The notes: generated from the letters alone by a model not told the origin. 64,000 nucleotides of DNA from Solidesulfovibrio sp. (GCF_038562415.1 NZ_JBCFBA010000027.1:1847-65846); one strand, 5' to 3'. Shown: positions 18,925 through 27,589, counted from the stretch's first letter. A program made the numbers and translations.

Positions 18925-19572
18925 TCAGCCAGACTGCCCGAACACGCTTCGGATGATACGCGCCAACATGGCTTCCAGGCGCCGCCACGTCTCGTCTTCG
19001 TCCAGTGGAAGGCCGGCAAAGTCCTTTTCCGTGCGTGCCCGGACGCCCAAATGATTGATGACCCCGCCAAGGATGGCGAACAGAGCCGTCATGTCCAGGT
19101 CGGAGGGGGCATCCGCATCGGGTCGCAGCAGAGCCAAGAGCCGCATGCCGACGGACTCCCGGACCGAATCAATGGCGTCGGTCAACTCGTTGCGCACCAT
19201 GAACCGCCACGCCAGGACTTCCTGGGTCAAGGGCCGGCTGCGGAGGGCGCGCAAATAGTTTCGCACGCCGATGACCAGCCGTTCGGCATACGGCAGGACC
19301 ATGAAGGCCTCTATGTCGCCGCCAGCCAACTCCTGGGCATCGGGCCAGAAATCGCCGCTATGGGCAAAGGCCGCGACAAGACCGGGCAACCCGCCAAAAT
19401 ACCGGTAAATAAGAACCTTATCCACGCCAGCTTCCCGGGCGACAACATTGACCTTGACGGCTTGAAAACCTTGCCGGGCCAGCACCCGCCCCACGGACTC
19501 AACCAAAAGCCGCATGGTCGCTTCCCGGTCCCGTGGGCGGTCGGCCGCTGCGGGGCGTTTGTCATTTGTCAT
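18925..19572 (-). CDS. TetR/AcrR family transcriptional regulator, 215 aa
   Basis: VLARQGFQAVKVNVVAREAGVDKVLIYRYFGG helix-turn-helix. Confidence 0.92.
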   Translation of the reverse strand: MTNDKRPAAADRPRDREATMRLLVESVGRVLARQGFQAVKVNVVAREAGVDKVLIYRYFGGLPGLVAAFAHSGDFWPDAQELAGGDIEAFMVLPYAERLVIGVRNYLRALRSRPLTQEVLAWRFMVRNELTDAIDSVRESVGMRLLALLRPDADAPSDLDMTALFAILGGVINHLGVRARTEKDFAGLPLDEDETWRRLEAMLARIIRSVFGQSG

Positions 19573-19579
19573 GGCCGAC

Positions 19580-19603
19580 CTGTGTCACTTTAAAGTGACA
19601 CAG
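19580..19603. promoter_or_regulatory. 24-bp perfect palindrome, candidate TetR autoregulatory operator
   Basis: ctgtgtcacttt-aaagtgacacag, 7 bp upstream of the tetR start. Confidence 0.75.
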
Positions 19604-19874
19604 TCAAGCGACAAATCGCATTGCAAAAATACAAATAAAATCAAAGTAATATCAAAAAAACAGCGGCCCGCGACCAACGGTTCGGGGGTTCGAGTCACCC
19701 TCCCTGCTCCAGATTTCAAGGAGTTAGGGAAGTCACCCAGGCCGTCTTTTTCCTTGATGAACGAGATTTCATGCCCTTGCGGCCCGCAACACGGTTGCAT
19801 CCGCCGGGGGGAGTGACTAGAGGGTGACGGTCCGCGACCGCGCGCCATAAGCCAACCCCAAAAGGAGTCTCCCC

Positions 19875-21608
19875 ATGCCCGGGACGAAACGGCGCTTCCT
19901 GTCCGACCTGTGGACCCTGACCAAGCCCTACTGGAAAAGCGAGGAAAAATTCAAATCCGGCCTGCTGCTCGCCGTCATCATCGGCATGAGCCTCGGCATC
20001 GTGTATTTGAACGTCCTGTTCAACGAATGGAACAACCTCTTCTACAACTCGCTGCAAAATAAGGATGTGGACGCCTTTTTCCGCCTCTTCGGCCGTTTCG
20101 CCATCCTGGCCGCCCTGTTCATCATCGTGGCCGTCTATCAGATCTACCTGCGCCAGATGCTGCAGATCCGCTGGCGCCGCTGGCTCACCGAACGCCTCGT
20201 CGCCCGCTGGCTCGACGCCCACAACTACTACCGCCTGCGCTTCGAAAACGGACTCACCGACAACCCCGACCAGCGCATCAGCGAGGACATCAACGGCTTC
20301 ATCGAGCAGACGCTTTCGCTCACCCTGGGCTTCCTCGAAGCCGTGGTCTCCCTGGCCTCCTTTTCCGTCATCCTCTGGAACCTCTCCGGCGACATCCACA
20401 TCCTGGACCTGCCCATCCCGGGCTCCATGCTCTGGGCCGCCCTGCTCTACGCCGGCATCGGCTCGGTCCTGACCCACCTGATCGGCCGGCCGCTGATACG
20501 CCTCAACTTCTTCCAGCAGCGCTACGAGGCCGACTTCCGCTACTCCCTCGTGGGCGTGCGCGAAAACGCCGAACCCATCGCGCTCTACGGCGGCGAAGCC
20601 CAGGAAGCCCGGGGGCTGTCCGTACGCTTCGCGGGCGTCGTGTCCAACTGGTGGGCCATCATGCGCCGCCAGAAACGCCTGACCTGGTTTTCCGCCGGCT
20701 ATTCCCAGGCCGCCGTCATCTTCCCCTTCCTGGTCGCCGCGCCGCGCTATTTTTCCGGGGCCATCCAGCTCGGCGGGCTCATGCAGACCGCCTCGGCCTT
20801 CAACCACGTCCAGAATTCCCTGTCCTGGTTCATCGACGCCTACACCCGCCTGGCCGCCTGGAAAGCCACGGTCGACCGCCTCACCGGCTTCGCCGCCGCC
20901 CTGGAGGCCCTGGAATCGCGACGCGGCGAAGGCCTGGCCCGCACCGAGGCCGCGCCGGGCGACGGCCTGACCGTCGCCGACTTGCACCTTCGCCTGCCGG
21001 ACGGCCAGCCCCTCCTGTCCGCCCAGTCCCTGGCCCTGGCCCCGGGCCGGCGGGTCATGGTGGCCGGGCCGTCGGGCTGCGGCAAATCCACGCTCTTCCG
21101 CGCCATCGGGGGGCTTTGGCCCTTCGCCTCGGGCACCCTGGCCGCGCCGGCCGGCGAGCGCACGCTCTTTTTGCCCCAGCGGCCCTACCTGCCCATCGCC
21201 TCCCTGGCCGCCGCCGTGACCTATCCCGACGCGCCGGAAACCTACGGCCGCGAGCGCATCGCCGCCGCCCTCACCGACTGCGGCCTGCCCCATCTGGCCG
21301 GCCGTCTGGACGAGGAACGCCACTGGTCCCAGGAACTGTCCGTGGGCGAACAGCAACGCCTGGGGTTCGCCCGGGCGCTTTTAATCGCCCCGCGCTGGCT
21401 TTTCTGCGACGAGGCCACCTCGGCCCTGGACGAGGCCGCCGAACAGGCCCTGTATACCCTGCTGACCGCGCGCCTGCCCGACACGGCCATCGTCAGCATC
21501 GCCCACCGGCCGGCCCTGGCCCGTTTCCACCAGCGCGTCCTGCGCTTTACCCCGACCCCGGGCGCCCAGGCGCCGTACACGCTGGAAGAAGCGGCGACCG
21601 CGGCATGA
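19875..21608 (+). CDS. ABC transporter fused permease/ATPase, YddA/BacA(Rv1819c)-like, 577 aa
   Basis: DNPDQRISEDI, EADFRYSL (EAA-like), GPSGCGKST, LSVGEQQRLGFAR, DEATSALD. Confidence 0.88.
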   Translation: MPGTKRRFLSDLWTLTKPYWKSEEKFKSGLLLAVIIGMSLGIVYLNVLFNEWNNLFYNSLQNKDVDAFFRLFGRFAILAALFIIVAVYQIYLRQMLQIRWRRWLTERLVARWLDAHNYYRLRFENGLTDNPDQRISEDINGFIEQTLSLTLGFLEAVVSLASFSVILWNLSGDIHILDLPIPGSMLWAALLYAGIGSVLTHLIGRPLIRLNFFQQRYEADFRYSLVGVRENAEPIALYGGEAQEARGLSVRFAGVVSNWWAIMRRQKRLTWFSAGYSQAAVIFPFLVAAPRYFSGAIQLGGLMQTASAFNHVQNSLSWFIDAYTRLAAWKATVDRLTGFAAALEALESRRGEGLARTEAAPGDGLTVADLHLRLPDGQPLLSAQSLALAPGRRVMVAGPSGCGKSTLFRAIGGLWPFASGTLAAPAGERTLFLPQRPYLPIASLAAAVTYPDAPETYGRERIAAALTDCGLPHLAGRLDEERHWSQELSVGEQQRLGFARALLIAPRWLFCDEATSALDEAAEQALYTLLTARLPDTAIVSIAHRPALARFHQRVLRFTPTPGAQAPYTLEEAATAA

Positions 21609-22612
21609 ACGCCCTGCACAACCTGGATCTGTTCGCCCAGGCCACCCTGTCCATCGTCATCGAGGCCCTGCCCTTCCTGCTGCTGGGCTCCCTGGCCTCG
21701 GGCCTGGTGGAAGCCTACGTGCCGCGCGAGCGCCTGGAGCGGCTTTTGCCCAAGGGCCGGCTGGCCGCCACCGCCTTCGGCCTGGCCCTGGGCGCGGCCA
21801 CGCCCTGCTGCGAATGCGGCGTGGTCTACCTGGCCAGGCGCCTTATGGGCAAAGGCGTGCCCCCCGGTGCGGCCATCGCCTTCATGCTGGCCGCGCCCGT
21901 GGTCAACCCCGTGTCCATCCTGTCCACCGTGGTCGCCTTCCGGGGCGACCTGTCCATGGCCGTGTGGCGCTGCCTGCTGGTCGGCACGGCCGCCCTGGTC
22001 GTGGGCTACCTGGCCGGCGGGAAAAAAACCGAAGAGCTCCTGCGGCCGCTTTCCGGCCGCGAACCCGAATGCGGCTGCGACCACGACCACGGCCCGCCGG
22101 GTCATGCCCACCACCACGGCCCGGCAACCGTCCCGGGCACGCCCTTCGGGTCGCTGGCCGACGCCATGCCCGTGGCCGCCCTGCGCCGGCGCGCGCGTCG
22201 CGAGAAAGCCGCCTCCGCCTTGCGTCACGCCATGGCCGATTTCCTGGACATGGCCAAGGTGCTGGTCTTCGGCTCCATGGTCGCGGCGGCGTTTAAGGCC
22301 TACGTGCCGGCTCCGGTCATCATGGCCATGGAAAACGACCTGGCCCTGGCCATCCCGGGCATGATGGCCCTGGCCGTGGGCCTCTCGCTGTGCTCCCAGG
22401 CCGACGCCTTCGTGGCCGCCTCGTTTTCCACCTTCCCCCTGGCGGCGCGCCTGGCCTTTTTGAGCCTCGGCCCCATGCTCGACCTCAAACTCCTGCTCAT
22501 GTGGCGCGACGTCTTCACGCCCAGGCTCGTGCGCCTGCTGGCCTTCGTGCCGGCGGCCATCGTGTTTATGGCCTGTGTCGCCTTCGGCATCGTCACGGGA
22601 GGCGCCTCGTGA
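21605..22612 (+). CDS. DUF318/UPF0718 permease with His-rich loop, 335 aa
   Basis: ATGA overlap with the upstream gene; EALPFLLLG, PCCECG, LAAPVVNP, CSQADAF, GPMLDLK; loop ECGCDHDHGPPGHAHHHG. Confidence 0.85.
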   Translation: MNALHNLDLFAQATLSIVIEALPFLLLGSLASGLVEAYVPRERLERLLPKGRLAATAFGLALGAATPCCECGVVYLARRLMGKGVPPGAAIAFMLAAPVVNPVSILSTVVAFRGDLSMAVWRCLLVGTAALVVGYLAGGKKTEELLRPLSGREPECGCDHDHGPPGHAHHHGPATVPGTPFGSLADAMPVAALRRRARREKAASALRHAMADFLDMAKVLVFGSMVAAAFKAYVPAPVIMAMENDLALAIPGMMALAVGLSLCSQADAFVAASFSTFPLAARLAFLSLGPMLDLKLLLMWRDVFTPRLVRLLAFVPAAIVFMACVAFGIVTGGAS

Positions 22613-23409
22613 AAACGCCCTTCCCCAAGGCTCTGCTGGCCCGCGTCGACGGCGCCGCCTGGCTGGCCATGGCCGGCTTCATGGCCTGGCTGCCCCTGGC
22701 CGGCGACTACTGGATGTTTCTCAATCCCAAGTTCAAACCCGTCACCCTGTCCGCGGCCATGGTCCTGGGCGTGCTGGCCGCCTACGCCTTGTGGCGGCCC
22801 GTCTCCCGGCCAAGCTGGGGGCGCTGCCTCGCCTACTGCTTCCTCGCCGCCATGGTCGGCCTGACCCACGGCGGCACCCAGGCCATCTCCGGCGAAATCG
22901 ACACCGACCCCTTCGCCGTGGCCCCCAGCCTGCCCGCCCCGCCCCCCGAAGCCGTCCCCACCCGCATGACGGCCGGCGGCAAGGAATATATTCCCATCAA
23001 CACCGGCGAACTCTTCGACATCGCCGCCAAGGGCCCCGGCGAGGCCTGGGACAAACCCTACGTCATGCGCGGCTTCGCCCGCCGCGATCCGGCCCTGGAC
23101 GCGAAAGGCGAATTCGTGCTCTTCCGCCTGGCCGTGTGGTGCTGCTTCGCCGACAGCACGGGCGTGGGCTTCAAGGTCAAACTGCCGCCCGGCGCCGAGC
23201 TCCCGGCCGACAAGGGCTGGGTCGTCGCCTACGGCCGGCTCACGGAAATGCCCGCCGACCAGCGCGGCGAATACACCCTGCCCGGCATGACCTTTTCGAG
23301 TATCGCCCCGGGCGCGCTGTTTGCCGCCGACCAGGTGGAGTCCGCCCCGGTGCCGGCCGAACAGGTCTACATGTACGAATGGCGGGTGGCGGAGCCGTAC
23401 GCGTATTAG
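22609..23409 (+). CDS. DUF1980/TIGR03943-like membrane protein (YcgQ-like partner of the DUF318 permease), 266 aa
   Basis: GTGA overlap; N-terminal TM helices (FLNPKF), C-terminal FRLAVWCCFADS motif. Confidence 0.75.
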   Translation: MKTPFPKALLARVDGAAWLAMAGFMAWLPLAGDYWMFLNPKFKPVTLSAAMVLGVLAAYALWRPVSRPSWGRCLAYCFLAAMVGLTHGGTQAISGEIDTDPFAVAPSLPAPPPEAVPTRMTAGGKEYIPINTGELFDIAAKGPGEAWDKPYVMRGFARRDPALDAKGEFVLFRLAVWCCFADSTGVGFKVKLPPGAELPADKGWVVAYGRLTEMPADQRGEYTLPGMTFSSIAPGALFAADQVESAPVPAEQVYMYEWRVAEPYAY

Positions 23410-23450
23410 GGAAGGAGAGACGGGGAGATTAGGAGAGAGGAGAGAGGAGG

Positions 23451-23505
23451 GAAGATGCCTCCGGCGGCCGGGGGGCATGATGCCCCCCGGACCCCCTCAA
23501 CGGGA
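23451..23505 (+). repeat. REP-like element copy
   Basis: gaagatgcctccggcgg-ccggggggca-tga-tgccccccgg-accccctcaacggga after a purine-rich tract. Confidence 0.85.
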
Positions 23506-23551
23506 AGGCGGGAAACGGGTGGAGGCGTGGTCGGTTGGCGGTTGTCCGTCG

Positions 23552-23623
23552 GCGAGGCCGGAATGGGGCCTTTCGGTGCCGTCGCTGCGCTCCTGGCTCG
23601 AAAGGCCCCGATTCCGGCCTCGC
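23552..23623. repeat. Long hairpin (24-bp stem, one bulge, 23-nt loop)
   Basis: gcgaggccggaatggggcctttcg ... cgaaaggccccgattccggcctcgc. Confidence 0.8.
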
Positions 23624-23778
23624 AGGGCCGTCGCCCCTTCGGGGCGAATTCTTGGACTTTAACTTTGAAAGCCTCTTTAAAGACAATGTAAAAGTTGTTC
23701 TTCAGTACAGCGCTTCGTCTAACGGCCGCCGTTCATAACTTCTTATTCTTCACATGCGGCGCTTCGCCGCTGGCGCTT

Positions 23779-23851
23779 GTGGTCGCGCAATCGCCCCGGC
23801 CGAACTGGCCGGCTTTGCGGCCTGCACCGGCCGGGGCGATTGCGCGACCAC
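23779..23851. repeat. Long hairpin (24-bp perfect stem, 25-nt loop)
   Basis: gtggtcgcgcaatcgccccggccg ... cggccggggcgattgcgcgaccac. Confidence 0.85.
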
Positions 23852-23899
23852 CACGACCGACGCCTCGCCGCTGACCGTTCCCGACCATACCTCCACCCG

Positions 23900-23956
23900 C
23901 CCCGTCGGGGAGGTCCAGGAGGGGATCATCCCCTCCTGGCCGCCGGAGGCATCTTC
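23900..23956 (-). repeat. REP-like element copy overlapping the cadR C-terminus
   Basis: Minus strand gaagatgcctccggcgg-ccaggagggga-tga-tcccctcctgg-acctccccgacgggg; the loop TGA (23926-23928) is the cadR stop. Confidence 0.88.
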
Positions 23957-24369
23957 CCCTCTTCGCCACCACCCACGTCCCGTTCCTCCAGTTCCCGCAT
24001 GATGCCGCATTCCTCCACGGGCGTGGTGCCGGTACAGCATTCCCGCAGTGCGGCCAATTGCTCGCGCAGCGCGGTGAGCCGGGCGATACGTTCGGTGATC
24101 TGGCCGATGTGCGAATCGAGCAGCACGCTCACCCCGACGCAGTCGCCGGCCGAACCGTCCTTGAGGGACAGCAGTGCCCGGATCTCGTCCAGGTTCATTT
24201 CGAGGGCCCGGCAGTTGCGGATGAAGGTCAGCCGGGCCAGGTGGCTGGCGTCGTAGAGCCGATAATTGCCGTCGGAGCGGGCCGGATCGGCGAGCAAGCC
24301 TTCCTTTTCGTAGTAGCGGACGGTATCCGGCCGACAGCCGGTGCGGCGGGCCAGTTCGCCGATGCGCAT
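23926..24369 (-). CDS. cadR: MerR-family Cd(II)/Pb(II)-responsive regulator (CadR/PbrR-like), 147 aa
   Basis: MRIGELARRTGCRPDTVRYYEKEGLL, GNYRLY, metal Cys in GDCVGV and ECC...ECGI; divergent from a P1B ATPase. Confidence 0.85.
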   Translation of the reverse strand: MRIGELARRTGCRPDTVRYYEKEGLLADPARSDGNYRLYDASHLARLTFIRNCRALEMNLDEIRALLSLKDGSAGDCVGVSVLLDSHIGQITERIARLTALREQLAALRECCTGTTPVEECGIMRELEERDVGGGEEGKMPPAARRG

Positions 24370-24392
24370 GGCAACCTCCCTCGAAAAAATCC

Positions 24393-24423
24393 TTGACCCT
24401 GGAGTAGCTCCAAGGTGTCTCAT
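24393..24423 (+). promoter_or_regulatory. MerR-type promoter/operator for cadA
   Basis: TTGACC, 19-bp spacer containing the dyad cctggag-tag-ctccaagg, then TCTCAT. Confidence 0.8.
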
Positions 24424-24451
24424 GGGGTCCGAAAAGGCAAGGAGGTTTTTC

Positions 24452-26710
24452 ATGCCGACGCACAATCCCGGCCATGCCCATGGCCACGATCATAAACTTG
24501 AAGAACTGCGGCCCCTTGACGGTCAGGCGCCGTGCTGTTGCGGCGGGGCGTGCGAGGTCGCCGGCGCACCGGCCCTGGACGACGGCCCGCCGCCCCGGGC
24601 CGCCCAACGCGCGCTTTTCCGCATCGAGGCCATGGACTGCCCCACCGAGGAGGCCATGATCCGCAAGGCCCTGGGCAGCATGCCGGGTGTGGCCGGCCTG
24701 CGGTTCAATCTGCTCGCCCGGGAGCTGACGGTGCACCACGATTTGCCGGACACGGTCGGCATCGTGGCGGCCATCGCGGCGCTGGGCATGGAAGCCGTGC
24801 CCGTGACGGCGGATGGCGCCGCGCGCCGGGATACCGGCGAGACCGGGGCGTGGGTGACGCCGATCCAGGCCGTGGCCCTCGTGCTGGCCGTCGTGTCCGA
24901 GCTGGCCGAGTGGCGCCAGTTCGCCGCGCCCTGGCTGCCGATCGCCTGCGCGGCGGCGGCCATCCTGGCCTGCGGGTTGCCCATCTACAAAAAAGGCTGG
25001 ATCGCCCTGTCCCGGCGCGAGCTCAACATCAATGCGCTCATGAGCGTGGCCGCGACCGGCGCCATCGTCCTGGGCCAGTATCCCGAAGCGGCCATGGTGC
25101 TCGTGCTGTTCGCCATTGCCGAGCAGCTCGAATCCGTGTCCCTGGCCCGGGCGGGCAAGGCCGTGACGGCGCTTTTATCCCTGGCGCCGGAGGTGGCCAC
25201 CGTGCGCCGCGACGACGGCTCTTTTGCCGAGATATCGGCCAAGGATGTGGCCGTGGGTTCGGCCATCCGCATCCGCCCGGGCGAGCGCGTGCCGCTTGAC
25301 GCCGTGGTGGCCGAGGGCCGCTCGTCGGTGGACCAGTCGCCGGTCACGGGCGAAAGCCTGCCCGTGGAAAAGGCGCCGGGCGATGCGCTTTTCGCCGGCA
25401 CGATCAACCAGGAAGGGGAGCTTCTGGCCACGAGCACGGCCCTGGCCGACGATGCGACGATCGCCCGCATCACCCGGGCGGTGGTCGCCTCGCCGGGCAA
25501 GGAAGCGGCCATGAAGCGCTTCGTGGACCGGTTCGCGGCGGTCTACACCCCGGCGGTCTTTGCCGTGGCCGTAGCCGTGGCCGTGCTGCCGCCGCTGGTT
25601 TTCGGGGGGAGCTTCGCGGACTGGGTTTACAAGGGGTTGGTGATCCTGGTCATCGCCTGCCCCTGCGCCCTGGTGATTTCCACGCCGATCTCGGTGGTCA
25701 GCGGTCTGGCGGCGGCGGCGAGGCGCGGCATCCTGGTCAAGGGCGGCCTGTTCCTGGAGCGCGGCGGCTCGCTTCGGGCCGTGGCCCTGGACAAGACCGG
25801 CACCGTGACCACGGGCCGGCCGGTGCAGACGGATTTCGAGAGCCTCACCGGCGATCCGGAGGGCAACCGGGCCGTGGCGGCGAGCCTGGCGGCGCGCTCG
25901 GACCATCCCGTGTCCCGGGCCGTGGCCCAACGGGCCGGACAGGACGGCATCGTGCCCGGCCACGTCGAGGACTTCACCGCCCTGCCGGGCCTGGGTGTGC
26001 GCGGCGTGGTGGACGGGAACGCCTACCATCTGGGCAACCACCGGCTCATCGAGGAACTGGGGCTGTGTTCGCCGGCCATTGAGGCGCGCCTGGACGCCCT
26101 GGAGGAAGCCGGCAAGACCACGGTGCTGCTGGCCGACGCGCGAGGCGTCCTGGCCATCTTCGCCGCCGCCGACGCCATCCGGCCCCACAGCCGGGAGGCG
26201 GTGGAGGCGCTTTCGCGCCTGGGCGTGGCCACGGTCATGCTTTCCGGCGACAATGCCCGCACGGCCACGGCCATCGCGAAAGAAGCCGGCATACCCGAGG
26301 CCCGGGGCGACCAGTTGCCCGAGGACAAGGCGGCGGCGGTGGACGCCCTGCGGGCGGGGCTTGGCGGCAAGGGCTTCGTGGCCATGGTCGGCGACGGCAT
26401 CAACGACGCGCCGGCCCTGGCCCGGGCGGACATCGGTTTCGCCATGGGCGCGGCCGGCACGGACGCGGCCATCGAGACGGCCGACGTGGCCATCATGGAC
26501 GACGACCCGCGCAAGATCGCGGCGTTCATTGGCCTGTCCCGGGCGACCATGGCCATCCTCAAGCAGAACATCGCCCTGGCGCTTGGGCTCAAGGGGCTGG
26601 TGCTGGCGCTGACGGTGGCCGGGTACGGCTCCATGCTGCTGGCGGTTTTCGCGGACATGGGCACGAGCCTGCTGGTGATCGCCAACGGCCTGCGATTGCT
26701 GCGGCGCTGA
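24452..26710 (+). CDS. cadA: Heavy-metal (Zn/Cd/Pb) translocating P1B-type ATPase, 752 aa
   Basis: His-rich N-terminus, MDCPTEE metal-binding domain, TGES, CPC, DKTGT, SDHP, GDGINDAPALA; GGAGG RBS. Confidence 0.92.
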   Translation: MPTHNPGHAHGHDHKLEELRPLDGQAPCCCGGACEVAGAPALDDGPPPRAAQRALFRIEAMDCPTEEAMIRKALGSMPGVAGLRFNLLARELTVHHDLPDTVGIVAAIAALGMEAVPVTADGAARRDTGETGAWVTPIQAVALVLAVVSELAEWRQFAAPWLPIACAAAAILACGLPIYKKGWIALSRRELNINALMSVAATGAIVLGQYPEAAMVLVLFAIAEQLESVSLARAGKAVTALLSLAPEVATVRRDDGSFAEISAKDVAVGSAIRIRPGERVPLDAVVAEGRSSVDQSPVTGESLPVEKAPGDALFAGTINQEGELLATSTALADDATIARITRAVVASPGKEAAMKRFVDRFAAVYTPAVFAVAVAVAVLPPLVFGGSFADWVYKGLVILVIACPCALVISTPISVVSGLAAAARRGILVKGGLFLERGGSLRAVALDKTGTVTTGRPVQTDFESLTGDPEGNRAVAASLAARSDHPVSRAVAQRAGQDGIVPGHVEDFTALPGLGVRGVVDGNAYHLGNHRLIEELGLCSPAIEARLDALEEAGKTTVLLADARGVLAIFAAADAIRPHSREAVEALSRLGVATVMLSGDNARTATAIAKEAGIPEARGDQLPEDKAAAVDALRAGLGGKGFVAMVGDGINDAPALARADIGFAMGAAGTDAAIETADVAIMDDDPRKIAAFIGLSRATMAILKQNIALALGLKGLVLALTVAGYGSMLLAVFADMGTSLLVIANGLRLLRR

Positions 26711-26743
26711 CCCGGAAAGGCCTGTCCGACGGGGGATCAGGCC

Positions 26744-26771
26744 TAAAGTATCCCGCAAGGCCAGCCGAAAG
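26744..26771 (+). promoter_or_regulatory. Putative sigma28 (FliA) promoter
   Basis: TAAA-N16-GCCGAAAG, one base longer than the two sites before the flagellin gene; all three share CCTAAAG. Confidence 0.55.
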
Positions 26772-26801
26772 GAAATACGATAACAATACGGGAGACCGGC
26801 C

Positions 26802-27563
26802 ATGGATATCGGAAGCGCGGCCAGCGCGTTCACGGCGCAAGCGTCCCTGGCGCAGACGGCGGCCACGAGCGCCCGGCAACAAGACGACGCGTCGGCCGGC
26901 CGCGGCTACCAGCGGAGCATGGGGACGACGGTTTCGGCTGCGACCAATATGCTGGCCACGAATTTCGTCTCGACGAATTCCGAAAGTTCGAAGTACATCA
27001 AGGCGACAATCTCGAGCCTCCAGACCGAAAACAGTTTCGGCGACAGGATGGGGTCCCTGCTCGACGGCCTGAACGCGCAGTACTCCCTGCTGGCCTCCTC
27101 AATGCAGGTCTCCAGCGGGAATGGGACGTATGTCGCCGCAACCCTCATGCAGCACCGCGTGGAAGACGGCGTGCAGCGCACGACGGAGAACGAAGTCGCG
27201 GACGAGTCGGCCAAGAACCTGGACGACATCAAGCAAGACATCGAACAGCGGGCGCAAGACGCGACCCAGCCGCAAGACGCCACCTCCCAGGCAGGGCAGG
27301 ACGCCACGACCGACGGGGTTGCGGCGACGGCGGCAGCCGCAGCAAGCGTCTCACCGGCCGAATCGGACGGCACCGCCGAAACAACCTCCCCGACGACAGG
27401 GGAAAGCGCCGCTCCCCTCGCGCCATCGTCGCCCGGCATGTCCGAGGACGCCGCCTCTCCGGCAACGCCGACAAGCGCGACCGAGCTCCCGCTTTCGGCC
27501 TATGCCGCGCAGCAGGCCGCCCAGACGCCGATCACGACAACAACCGTGGACATGCAGGTCTGA
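26802..27563 (+). CDS. Hypothetical Ala/Thr/Ser/Gln-rich protein, 253 aa
   Basis: ATG with GGAG RBS, plausible promoter and downstream stem-loop; no recognised domain. Confidence 0.7.
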   Translation: MDIGSAASAFTAQASLAQTAATSARQQDDASAGRGYQRSMGTTVSAATNMLATNFVSTNSESSKYIKATISSLQTENSFGDRMGSLLDGLNAQYSLLASSMQVSSGNGTYVAATLMQHRVEDGVQRTTENEVADESAKNLDDIKQDIEQRAQDATQPQDATSQAGQDATTDGVAATAAAAASVSPAESDGTAETTSPTTGESAAPLAPSSPGMSEDAASPATPTSATELPLSAYAAQQAAQTPITTTTVDMQV

Positions 27564-27589
27564 AACCGGCCGCCCACCGACAAAAACAA

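Noticed and set aside
19660-19715. Intact tRNA gene
   Set aside because: Only a 3'-end-like segment; no D-arm, anticodon arm or complementary 5' acceptor strand.
23715-23745. Integron attC site (GTCTAAC core)
   Set aside because: No matching GTTRRRY end at a proper distance, no cassette ORF and no integrase.
23429-24002. Small ORFs inside the hairpin mosaic
   Set aside because: No RBS or family signal; they arise from repeat sequence (MPPAA start comes from the element head).
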